64,000 nt of DNA from the NCBI GenBank assembly GCA_046563655.1, contig CM102288.1, positions 124,001-188,000 of the forward strand, written 5' to 3'. The translations under genes and the position numbers were made by a program. The first letter of the stretch is position 1. Each line of letters begins with the position of its first letter. Shown in pieces: positions 14,076 to 30,027 of the stretch. Under the pieces are notes generated by a model. It was given only the letters and a program-made list of their open reading frames with translations, had not been told where the DNA came from and made no database searches. The DNA is from Yuukianura sp. NJ FZ-2021 (lineage: Eukaryota).

Positions 14076-15403
14076 ATGAGTGCTTTCCCGGAGGGAGAAG
14101 GAGATGAAGAAACCCGGAATCAGAAAGAATGTCCAGAAATGCCTTGTTTTAACACGGAAGGATGCAAACCAGCATGGCTTTGTTCTCCCCCGAAATCCGA
14201 AACGAAAAAGTACGAAATTCCGGCGGGAGTGACGATTATCCCACTTTCACAACAAGGGAAATATCGAACTGCTGATTCCTCCGGTCCACCGGAATCCAAA
14301 ACTTACGAGATTCCTGCCGGAGTAACGATTTTACCGATCTCCCAAACCGGAAGATGCCGAAATGCCGAATCGGTTCCGACTGGACAAGATTCCAGTTGTC
14401 CAGCTGCCAAACCCCAAGAATGTCCAGGATTCTTCTCACGACTGAGTTCGTTCTTTTGCGGCGAATCACAACCGCCGGAACCCGTTTCTCCAGCGACCGA
14501 ATGTCCACAATCCGATCCTCTTCCGGTACCAACAGAATGTCCAGAAATACCGAGTTGTCCGGACGCATCCGAAGAGATGACATGTGACTGTGGTTGTGGT
14601 GGTGACCCAGAGCCGAATCCTGCGCAGGAGTTTGTAGACAAGAAATGTGGATGCAGCATTTGTCAAGAGCAGAATGGAGCCAAGGAATCGCTTGTCCGCT
14701 TACCGGATCCGGATTGTCGTGAAATTGGAGTCAAAGCTCAAGAATTGCTGGAGACAAGCTGTGGATGTGGGAAATGTCAAAGGTCAAGGCCAAGAGTAGA
14801 CGAAAACGGTAATCCCTTGCCAGTGAGTGGATGTTGTGGAGTGACATGCGGAGAATGTGGCTGTACGAGAGGACAGAACTCGGATTGCGCCATGTGCAAC
14901 TTTGCTGTGCGCATGAAACAGGAAGGGGACTTCCTGGAACAACGTCGCCTGGCTTGCATCGCTCTTGGGATTCGGGAAGATGTCGTTGAGGAAAAGCCAT
15001 GTCAAAGGTCACTGGAGGTTGACGAAGAACCGTTCAAATGGTTCAAAGGACGGTACGATTAGATAAAATTTAGTAAAATTTAAAATTTTACTAAGTAAAA
15101 TTGAGTTTTTAAATTTGATATTTTTAATTATGTTTAAATTTTAGCCCAGTCTATGAAGGAGGAATGAGTCTGAGCCGAGCAAATCGCTACCTATGGGCTA
15201 TGGGTGCTTGTGATGATGGTGGATTTCGAAAAGTAGCGTTCGAAGGTCAAGTTTTAAGAATTGAAGAAGAGGAGGAAGAATGTACTTGCGAAGAGCACTT
15301 GAAAAAGAAACGATACCGTGGAGGAATGACCTTGGAGGAGGCACAGGAGTATCTTTGGATCAAAAACAAATTACCACCAGCTACTACGTCGGAAGAGAAT
15401 TAA
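14076..15403 (+). CDS. Cys-rich orphan protein, about 411 aa, 2 exons (intron 15053-15144)
   Basis: The 328-aa ORF splices in phase 2 (CG|gtacga...tttag|C) into the 15164-15403 frame; internal repeats and CGC motifs. Confidence 0.7.
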
Positions 15404-15840
15404 CAGGCCAAAGTTTGACCCTTGACCTGGAAAGTTTCAATGAAATTAGCCGTTTCCCAAATTAGCATGAGATCAAAGAAACAGTCTCAAAATTTTGAAA
15501 TTTCCAGTTTGACCAATAAAGTCGTACAGCTGGATTTTGAACAAAAAAAAATTAATTAACATTAACATGTTCTAAAATTTCAACTTTTTCAACATCGTAA
15601 TTTTTTTGCAATTTTGGAGAAAGTGGGTGAAAGGACGCTAAAAAAGTTTTATTGTCCTAAGAAATTTTGTGACGTGCTGAGCACGTGAATTTGAATTTGA
15701 ATTTTAGCGCTGAGAAAGTCACGAGAGAAGGGAATCACACATTTCAGAATTTTCAATTCTTCAACACGCCGTATTGACTTTGGCCGGGCAAAATACCTTT
15801 GCAAAGTTAATTAATTTAACGATTTCGTTAATTTGGAACC

Positions 15841-16906
15841 ATGGTAAGTTGTAATTAATTACAATTAAAGTGTACTGTATGCTTCCAAGTATGAATTGAC
15901 AGTAGTCTTAACTTGATTGCTACTTTTTCCAGGGTGTTGACATCAACCACAAATGGGATCGGAAGGTTCGAAGAACTGAGCCTCGTTCGGAAGACGTTTA
16001 CCTCCGTCTTTTGGTGAAACTGTACCGTTTCCTGGCACGAAGGACGAATTCCAAGTTCAATCGGATCATCCTGAAGCGACTCTTTATGTCCAGAATCAAT
16101 CGACCTCCGTTGTCTATTGCTGGACTCAGTCGTTTGATGAAGAAGCCAGGACGAGAGGGCAAGGTGGCCGTCATTGTGGGAACTGTGACTGACGACAAGA
16201 GGATATACGAAATCCCCAAACTCACGGTACTCCTCAACTTGTGATTAATTACGTTAAAGTAATGAATTGTCAATACTTGGTCTGATGAGGACTGTCCCTT
16301 TGGGATGGACTTCGTTGGATCGTCACGGTGTCGAAACTGTTACGATAACAGTCTAATTCACATCCGTAGTATTGAAAAGTAAACTAACTTCGCAGGGTAA
16401 CCTGCTTGAGGTCAAAGGCTTGCATATTCCAGAATCTTCCAATAGCCCCTTAGGCTCTGATTTGGGAGACAGGCCATGCAATGTACAGTTAATTTTAACT
16501 TCTAAAGAAATGTCTTTTTACAAATCTGAATCCAAATACTAAAGCCAATTGTTGTTTTTCAGCTTTGTGCTCTGCGTGTGACAGACAAAGCCCGTGCTCG
16601 GATCCTCAAAGCCGGTGGAGAGATCATCACCTTCGATCAGTTGGCAATGCGGGCGCCATTGGGACAGAAGACAGTCCTGGTTCAAGGTCAGTCTTCTTCA
16701 TTCTTTGAGTCATCAATCATCATGCTTTTTAGTAATTAACTGTTTGAATTTTGAAAACAGGAAAGAGGAATGCTCGTGAGGCTGTGAAGCACTTTGGTCC
16801 AGCTCCTGGTGTCCCACACTCACACACGAAGCCCTACGTACGATCCAAGGGACGGAAATTCGAGAGAGCTCGTGGTCGTCGTGCTTCATGCGGATACAAG
16901 AAGTAA
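15841..16906 (+). CDS. RPL18: 60S ribosomal protein L18 (eL18); exons 15841-15843, 15933-16226, 16563-16686, 16761-16906
   Basis: [39 protein letters not shown]...[25 protein letters not shown]. Confidence 0.98.
16270..16490 (+). ncRNA. SNORA73: U17/snR30 (SNORA73)-type H/ACA snoRNA in RPL18 intron 2
   Basis: Terminal stem TCAATAC/GTATTGA; H box AAAGTA (16376-81); 3' hairpin TTGCAT...ATGCAA with m1-like ATATTCCAG (16424) and GGGAGAA-like GGGAGAC followed by m2-like AGGCCAT (16471); ACA at 16485-87 plus 3 nt; 221 nt long. Confidence 0.85.
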
Positions 16907-17115
16907 ACTAGACAGGAACAACATTCTAAGTAAATTCTTATTATTCAGCTTCCTCGAATTCAAAACATAGAACGTTTTTAATTGAATAAAATACTTTCAA
17001 TTTTGTTTCTGGCTAAAGTTTCGTGTTCTCCTCTTCGTCAGCCTATGTTTGATCAATAACTTTCTTATTTTGAGATTTTTTAGATTTTAGAAAAAGTACA
17101 AGTTTGTCATTTGCA

Positions 17116-17619
17116 ATGGAAGACCAGTCAGAAGTGTCAAGCGATTTCGAGATTTCGAAAACTTCTCGTGGACTGCTTTCCCCAGAAGAAATTGGTGCTT
17201 TAGAGGCCAAGTTGGACTCATACGTGGACGAAGTTCTGCATCTCAAAGATGAAGCTGATTCAGCTCTTGAAGCAAAGGTCACCGGAAGGTCAGCTCCGAA
17301 AACGTCTTCACTCTCAGCTCTTTTGTGCAAGAAAACGTACGAAGGGAGAGAAGATCGGGTGAGGTTAATTCAAGAGGGCGCAGCATTCAAAATCCTTCCT
17401 ACGGTGACCCTTGACCCCATAAAGTTCAACGTGAACAAAGTCCCTGTGACTGAATTGATGGTGAGAGAAGGACTGAGAGTGGAGCGTCCCAGTGACCTTT
17501 TGACCCCTGCTGCTTCCAAGTGCTTTTCATCTCAGAATATGGCCCAGGTTGAACTCCTAGGCACTTTGGCTAGGTCCAACTACAGACAAACTCTGGCCAA
17601 AAAGAGAACCGTAGATTAG
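17116..17619 (+). CDS. Uncharacterised ORF, about 167 aa (may splice further)
   Basis: ATG-initiated, protein-like ORF in coding-like sequence just downstream of RPL18; no recognised domain. Confidence 0.45.
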   Translation: MEDQSEVSSDFEISKTSRGLLSPEEIGALEAKLDSYVDEVLHLKDEADSALEAKVTGRSAPKTSSLSALLCKKTYEGREDRVRLIQEGAAFKILPTVTLDPIKFNVNKVPVTELMVREGLRVERPSDLLTPAASKCFSSQNMAQVELLGTLARSNYRQTLAKKRTVD

Positions 17620-18577
17620 TGATTAGTGAGACAGCATAATGAAGAATCATTCATGAAACTTGTTGAGTGGTTGTCCAGTAAGTCATGGATTGGGCGCTTA
17701 AATTCCAATTGTTTTACGGTTGAAAAGCTAGAAATGGAGGGAAAGAGAGTAAGTGTGGATTCGCATTGTTATTCCCAAACATCTTCCACTTATCTACTTC
17801 CCAAGCACTTCATTTTTCACACCCATCCGAAGCCCTGTCCATGTCAGTCCCTCTTCTGTGTGTTGTCACCCGGACGCATCTTCTAAACTTGTGTTACCGA
17901 AGAGGGAAGTGGAAAGTCGGAAAGACACGAACGCACAAAAACATCCAACTTCATGATCCAGCAAAATAGACCAACGGAACCCTCTCTCTCTTTTGCCCAA
18001 ACTCCTCACACACCTTGTACTCAAACGGCTAAAAAGTAATTAGTAATTCATTATTTATCATTTTTTTAACATTTGTACTTTTGTAATATCAAATAAGCGG
18101 ACGAGTAAGTTGGGGTCATTGAGCTGGCGGTGCCGGTGTGTCTGTCTACTCTTTGACGACCACAGCTCCACTGGCACATCAAGTTACAAGTTGTAACTTT
18201 GTAACTTACAACTGTCGTCACTCAAGTTACACACAGTTCCTTGGACTCCAATGGTCAATGTCCTCAACGTTGTATGTACCGAACAACTGTAATTTATGGT
18301 GTAACTGCTGATTATCAAAAGTTGAGTGAGCTCTTTGACCTCTGCTTGGCTCTACAAAGTGGAAACTACGAATAATTGACGTTGAGACTGAACCAATGTT
18401 TCCTTTTTACATGCCGACTACACCGGGCAACGCACATCTTAGAAGACTGTCAATGAATAATTAGTTGTAGGACACTTGATACTCAACATAAGTTAACTCA
18501 TCACTGCCTTGTCATTGTGATTAATACTTGATGAAGTGTGTGGATTAGCGGAATAAGTTGATCAACTAATTAACAAA

Positions 18578-23141
<4,564 letters not shown>

Positions 23142-24127
23142 TTTCCCAAAGTGGGCGTTGTACTTCCCGGTATTTAGTATTCCTATCTTTACAAAATGGC
23201 TTTCATTTAAAACCGAGTTTCAGTTGAGAAATGCGACCTATCGGAAGGCGGAGGTTTAGCATTGAACTGTATACTAAATAGAGGCTTTCTTTTCTGTCTC
23301 TGCTCTTTTCTTGTGGTAGCCAAAAGTCTTATTTTCCTAAAATATCTTAAAATATTTGGTAACACTGATATCTTTTTAATTTATTTTCAATTTATTTCCT
23401 TTTTCTTTTGTATTTCATGGATATAACTTGCTTGACACTTGAACCCCAATTGAAAGTGAACTGGAGGAAGAGAGGGGTTTGTTCTGTAACATATTTACTA
23501 CAATGGCCTGTCCACCAACTGTTGTCAATTTACTAAGTTAATTAGTTAACTTTGTAAATGAGTAAACATTAGGAGTAATTAAAAGGGCAAATACCAAAAA
23601 AGAAACGTTTTCAGGAATTCCCGAGATTTAAAATTCCAACAACATTTTTTTCTGCAAGCATGCTATATGTTTAGGCATATTTTACTGTATGATACTTCAA
23701 GGTAACAGGAATACTTTTAAATTATTTTTATTTTTAATATTCTTTATATTATTTTAACATATTTTTGAATTAATATTTTTAGGTTTTTGTGGAACTCTGT
23801 TTGTGGGATGCCCATGACTTTGGAGGTGGGTGGTCGGTTGGACTAAAAGTTACTTGTGAAATGTAATTTTGAATTTGGCGGTTTGTGTTTGGCGGAGCGA
23901 GAGTCGATGACTTGGCAATCGGGTGAGCCAATGCACATCTTCCACGCTCATCTCCCCATCCTGTCACGGTGGTTTATGTCAAGTTGAAGGCACTCTCTCA
24001 CTCTTCGCCGGTTGTTCAGCTGACACAGTCACCAGTGACTCCTCTACTGATCGTCACTCTGTCAGTCTCCGTATAGTACTTCATCAACTCACGTCTATCA
24101 TCTTCACTCTCCAACACTCGTCCAGTC

Positions 24128-27100
24128 ATGAGAAGTTTCAAGAGTTTGGCCCTTGTCCTTGGCCTGTCACTCCTCGCAACATATGCCACAGCAGAAGAGG
24201 AAGTTCAGTACGATGAAGGGGTCATTGTCCTCACCAAGGGAACCTACGACAAAGTCATCTCCGAAAACGAATTCGTCCTCGTCGAATTCTGTAAGTGAGA
24301 ACGTTCTTTTGGCAGGAGTAAGGCAGACGTGGCGTGTGCTATTTCTCCATATCCACTCCCATATCCCCTCCAATGGTTTACACTGCGCTGTTGCCTATTC
24401 ATTTTAAGGTTAGGTTAGGTTAGGTTTGGTTACGTTGGGCAACAGCCCACTATAAACCATTGGAGGAAGTTCGGGAGGGGATATGGAGTATTAACACACG
24501 CCACGTCTGCCTTACTCCACCCGTTCTTTTGTCTTAATTTCTAACATCAGTCTTCGTAGTTCATTGTCTTGTGATTCTTTTTTGGTTGACCACATTGACA
24601 TTGGCATTCACCTGTCTCGCACCATCCATCTCCATTTACCATAATGTGTAACTGCATGTTCTTTCAATTAATTTAACCTAAACCATAATCGTAATAAGAA
24701 TTAGCGTTGCTTAACATTTCATTCATTAAGATTGTGGCCGCAGAATGACAGTGGTTGTGGTTCGTTTCCAGATACAGGACAGGGCAGCGTTATCTTTTAA
24801 TTTCTGCTTCAGTCACATTTTCAATTAATTTGATTAAGTATTGCATATAATACAAAGTTGCCACAAATTGATAGACCACGACTTTTTATCTCGCGTTGCA
24901 ACTTTGCAAAGTTCAGAGTTCATCACTTGACGTGGGCAGCATTCGGAGTTAAGGTAGACGTTAGGAGATTTGACACTAGCATTACTTATGAGTTATGATT
25001 CATGATGTTCAGTTGACTTCCCTAAATCCACGTCAGCTATGAATTTTTAGATTCGCCATTGTTTCTCTAGGAAAGTTAATGCCCCAATTTCTCCTAAAAC
25101 CTCCATTGTTTCAACTAACACGAAAGCTTTAATTGCAAGTTTGTGACTGTGCATACTGTAATGTGTGTGATTGACGTCCGGTCTTCAAGGGAGAGCATGA
25201 ACTGATAACAACTTTACATTTTAATACCAAGGTTCATGAACTCTACACTTCTGATTAAAATTCAAAATTTAGTTTACTCTCAAATATGTACATGAGACTG
25301 ACTTTTTATGACTTTGTTTCCTAGATGCTCCGTGGTGTGGACATTGCAAGGCTCTAGCTCCAGAATATGTAAAAGCAGCCAAGAAATTAGAAGATGCTAA
25401 ATCACTCATCAAATTGGCCAAGGTCGATGCCACCATTGAATCTGAACTCGCTTCTCAAAATGACATCAAAGGCTATCCCACACTCAAGTTCTACCGTAAC
25501 GGAAACCCAAGTGACTACACAGGTACGACCTTCTTTTTTTTTTCTAAAGTTGGTGACGTGGCTTTTTAGTCTTGATATTGACATTTCTAATTGACTGATT
25601 ACTGATTCATTGATTGTGATCTCAGGAGGACGAACTGCTGATGAGATTGTGAATTGGTTGGAGAAGAAGACCGGCCCAGTTGCCAAGCACTTGACTTCGG
25701 CTGACGAACTCGCCAAGTTCCACGAGGAAGTTGAAGTAGCCGTTGTCGGGTTCTTTGCCGTAAGTTCCAAGGTCAAAGGTCAATAAGTGATAAATGATGG
25801 ATGTTTACATGTTTGTAACTTTTTAACTCATAGGCAGCTGACTCTGATGCTCACAAGGCCTTCCTCAAGGTCGCTGAAGGTTTGGATGACTATCCATTCG
25901 CAGTTGTCACTGATGAGGCTCTGGCCACTGAGAACAAGATTACTGGAGATGCCGTCGTTGTTTTCAAGAAGGTAAATTCATTTGGTTTGGCCCTAAATTA
26001 GTCTAATAGTTTTTCAAAAGGTTCCCTTAATGAGTTGTGGTTTTTTGAAAATAATTTGTGTTAATGATTCTAGTTCGATGAAGGGCGGAATGATTTGACT
26101 GCCAACTTGAACGAAGAGACAATTTCCGCTTTCATCAAGACGAACGCCCTCCCACTCGTTGTTGACTTCAACCATGAAACAGCCCAGAAGGTCTTTGGCG
26201 GAAGCATCAAGAGCCACGTCCTCATGTTCTTGTCCAAGGAAGCTGGACACTATGACAAATACTTGGAAGTTCAAAAGAAGGTTGCTGCTGAATACAGGAA
26301 CAAGGTAAGCCAAAGGTCAAATCACATTTGGAACTATTCTATTTCAAACTGTTTTTCCAATATGGCCTTATGGATGTTCTGATTTTGTGTCACAATGTCA
26401 TTGGCGTATTGGAAAATTAAAGTTGATACTATATCCTCCTGGCTTGACTCAGTTTTGTAGCATGACAGGGTGGAAAGGTGTCCTACAAACTTAGTTTTTA
26501 TAACTTCCGCAAGGTTTTGAGTTTTTGAATTTTAAATTGATAGCGTACACTTGTGAGCGTGGCAGTAAAAGCTGAAGGTCGTGCGACGTGGAAGTCGTAT
26601 ATTTAATTAGCGTTCACTCTTAAATATAAATTGTGGAAGTTTGAAATCGATATAAATTCATGTATGACATTAAAGTTTAAAGATTGATGTTTTTTTTTTA
26701 ATTTTAGGTTCTGTTCGTCACAATCAACACTGACGATGAAGATCATGGACGAATCTTGGAGTTCTTCGGAATGAAGAAGGAGGAAGTTCCAGCTGCCCGT
26801 GTCATTCGTCTTGCGGATGAGATGGCCAAGTACAAACCAACCACTGACATTTTGGGAGGAGATGGATCCGCCATGAGGGAATTTGTCAACGAATTCCTCG
26901 AAGGGAAACTCAAGGTTGGTTGTCTTGTCTAGTTTTTAGTTTTTGTGATTTAATGTGTTCGTAATTCGATTGTTTGTAATTTAGCAACACCTTTTGAGCC
27001 AAGAGTTGCCAGAAGACTGGGACAAGGAACCCGTCAAGGTCCTCGTCGCCTCCAACTTCGATGAAGTCGTTTTTGATTCCGACAAGACCGTGTTGGTTGA

Positions 27101-28519
27101 ATTCTACGCTCCATGGTGCGGACACTGCAAACAACTGGCTCCAATTTACGACAAAGTAACATTTCATTTCAAAAGTTGTTACCTCAATTCAGATAGTTTT
27201 TACAATTTTCGATTTGTTGTGTTTCCAGTTGGGTGAGAAGTTTGCTGGCGACAGTAGCGTCGTTATTGCCAAGATTGATGCCACCGTCAACGTAAGTTTT
27301 CATTTCTTTTATATGTTTTATTATTTGTTATATTTTATTGTATTTAATCAATATTGGTTTTGTTTACTCAGGAATTGGAGCATACCAAAATCAACAGCTT
27401 TCCAACGATCAAATTGTACAAGAAGGGAGACAACAAGGTAAGGAAATTGAAGTTGATAGAAAGTGACCAGCGATGAAATGTAAAGTTGATTTTTAAGCGA
27501 TGGATTTCTAATTCCATTGTATTGTTTGAACAATGCTACTCAGATTGTAGAGTACAGTGGTGAGCGAACCTTAGAAGGTTTGTCCAGGTTTCTAGAAACT
27601 GATGGAGAGTATGGACAGGCTGCTCCCAATGAGGTATTTAACGTCAACGAACGTAGGAGTGGCGCAAGGGTTAAAACACTTCAAATACGTTGACAAATGA
27701 CCCGTTCTTCTGTAATTTTTAAAAGAACAACAAATCTAGTGAATTTAATGCCAATTTGCATCTGCTAAATGGGGTTTTGCATCCCAACTTTCTTTAACAT
27801 TAGACTTTTTGCGAGCCTGTCGTAGATTTTCTTTAGTAGAGTTCGTGGGTGTTAATTTCGAACTTATTCTTTTGCAAATTCTAACTTTTTAGAATACTTT
27901 TTCTTACTAACCACTTTTTCAATTTTAGTTTGTGCATGATTAACATTTTTGCTTGATTTTTTTTGTGCGCTTGGTATTACAGGAGGGTATTGTGTACAAA
28001 GGAGCTCGAACGCTGGAAGGACTGGAAGAATTTGTTCTGGGCAAAGAAGCAACACCGGAGAAGGATGCTGAGGAGGTAATCTTCAAGGAAGCAAAGAATT
28101 TAGTGTTCTACTATCTTTTGATACACATTTTGTCTTCGTTTAACCTCCATTTAGATGTTTTACGTAGTTCGTTTTTGTTCGCAGCAAAGCTTTCCATATG
28201 ATTTTTAAAAATCTACGAAAAAATCGTTTTCGTTTTTGAGCTTATGCGGTTTCTTGTTGCTTAGCTTGTAAACCCTATTTGGGAACAAGTGGATTTGGTG
28301 CAGTATATTGCGCTTTTGTTTAACAAGTTTTCGTTTTTGTGGATTTGAAGAAATTGTGGTCATGTCATCGGTTTGAAGAGTGTGTAACCTTTGTGTCCCT
28401 TCGACTACTTGTCAATTGCTTCCATTTTCAATTTGGTTTTGGAAATTTAATGAATTTGGTAACTTTAGGCTGAGGAAGAAGATGAAGACGATGACACACC
28501 AAAGAAGGACGAATTGTAA
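24128..28519 (+). CDS. Pdi: Protein disulfide-isomerase (P4HB/PDI) with alternative penultimate exons 27544-27633 and 27983-28075
   Basis: Signal peptide, two [10 protein letters not shown] active sites, C-terminal KDEL*. Confidence 0.97.
24311..24521. mobile_element. MITE, 211 bp, Mutator-like (9-bp TSD), central TTAGG repeats
   Basis: Perfect 24-bp inverted repeat GGAGTAAGGCAGACGTGGCGTGTG near the ends; inner inverted repeat CCTCCAATGGTTTA; TSD CGTTCTTTT at 24302-10 and 24522-30. Confidence 0.85.
26355..26490 (+). ncRNA. H/ACA snoRNA candidate in PDI intron
   Basis: Hairpin TTCCAATAT/GTATTGGAA, H box AAATTA (26414-19), second hairpin GATACT/GGTGTC with upper stem TCCTCCTG/CAGGGTGGA, ACA at 26485-87 plus 3 nt; about 136 nt. 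Confidence 0.7.
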
Positions 28520-29513
28520 TCTGTTCTCAGGAGAAAGCTAAAGAAATACTACAAGAAATTAATTTAATTGTTATTCTGTTAACTTTATTACTAATTAGCA
28601 TAACTGGGAGGAAACAAATTGCCAACTTAAATTTAACATTTCCTAAAAAAATAAATTGTTTCCACTAAATTATTCAGGAGTGGTCATGCCTTCAATTAGG
28701 ATTTCCTCTTTTTCAACTTTTCATTTTTACAAAAAACGTAAAAATTCCATGAATCAGGGCAGGCAAAATTCTAAAATTTTGAAAAGTTTTGGGGTCAAAG
28801 GTGAAAAACTGTGAAAGTACCTAAAAACTTGAAGAATTTTTTTGTTTTTTCTAAAACAAGTGTCTCATGGAGGACCTATTTTTGTAAAATCTTTTCTCAC
28901 TAGAAAAAAAGACACACGTTTGTGATTAATTACAATTTGAAAACGGTTACACTAATTAACACTTACTTAAATTTTTAGTTAATTGCTTTATCCTAGTTGC
29001 TTCCTGTTTAACCTCCGGTTAAGTTTGTATTTCAACTTAAAAAGCTTTTGTTGTGAATGTTTAGGAGAAATTAAGCGTTGTTTTCCCTACTTAAGTTCTT
29101 TAGTTGAAATATTTGTGTTAACATTAACCTGTGTGATTAATTAAGTGCAATTAGTTAATTGTAATTAACACTGGAACAATTTCACACCTCACCCCTTCCG
29201 TCATACTTCAGCATAATTTACACTTCTTTTGTAGAAAATCCAGCCATTTTTCTCTGTTGTTTACTTAAGCATGAGATTAACCAGTCAGAAAACAGAAGCC
29301 ATTTTGTTCAAATTCAAATTTTGTTTTGTTCAAATGGTCCGTTTTTTAAAGTCGTTTTGTTCTAAAACAAGCGTTTCACTGAAAATTTACTTGGTGCTGT
29401 AAAGGACAGACGTACGAACGGACAAAGTGCAGTCTTTGCTCTTAGTAGTGCGGAATCCTTATGGGCTTTAGACAATTAGAGTGGGAATTTAGTTCTTAGG
29501 TTTATAACCCCCG

Positions 29514-29543
29514 TGACCTTTGACCTGGAGAGGTCAAAGGTCA
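29514..29543. repeat. Perfect 13-bp inverted repeat of the TGACCTTTGACCT motif
   Basis: TGACCTTTGACCT-GGAG-AGGTCAAAGGTCA. Confidence 0.85.
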
Positions 29544-30027
29544 TTCTTCTCGTAGTCTGTCTCTTCATGTAACAAAAAAGAATGTCAAGTGTCAATTTGT
29601 TGAAATGTGACAAGGGATTTGATGGTGATTTTTGGATTGTTCGTAAAAATTAGGAACTCGGAATCGAATTATACTTTCTGTTGGTTAAAATTTAGAATGT
29701 TTTTAGAGAGAAAGGAAACAATGAGATTAGGTTGTCGGGCAATTTAATTATAACTATATTTAATTTTAATTGTAAACATATTTATAACTATAATTTGGAT
29801 AAAATTGGGTAATGGTTTTGTGTAAAAATTCGAAATAAAGGAACTAATTGGTAAAAATTGGAAATGGATTTTGAGAGAGAAGTTTTATTTCTGATTGAAC
29901 TGAATGTGCCAGCTGTAAAAGGTGTAATTAAATGTACGTCTAAAAGAGACCTGCTCACCAATTGAATTGCTAACTAATTGAAATTATAAATTAAAGTTAG
30001 GGAATGAAAATCAGTTTCAAATCAGAA

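Noticed and set aside
16282..16353. Hammerhead-like core: CTGATGA...GAAAC-TGTTA-CGA-TAACA-GTC
   Set aside because: Stem I does not pair in register, and CTGATGA is better sequestered in the 12-bp stem GGTCTGATGAGG/CTTCGTTGGATC of the U17 5' domain. A cleavage assay would settle it.
24404..24430. TTAGG array as a telomere
   Set aside because: Only a few units, inside a MITE within an intron.
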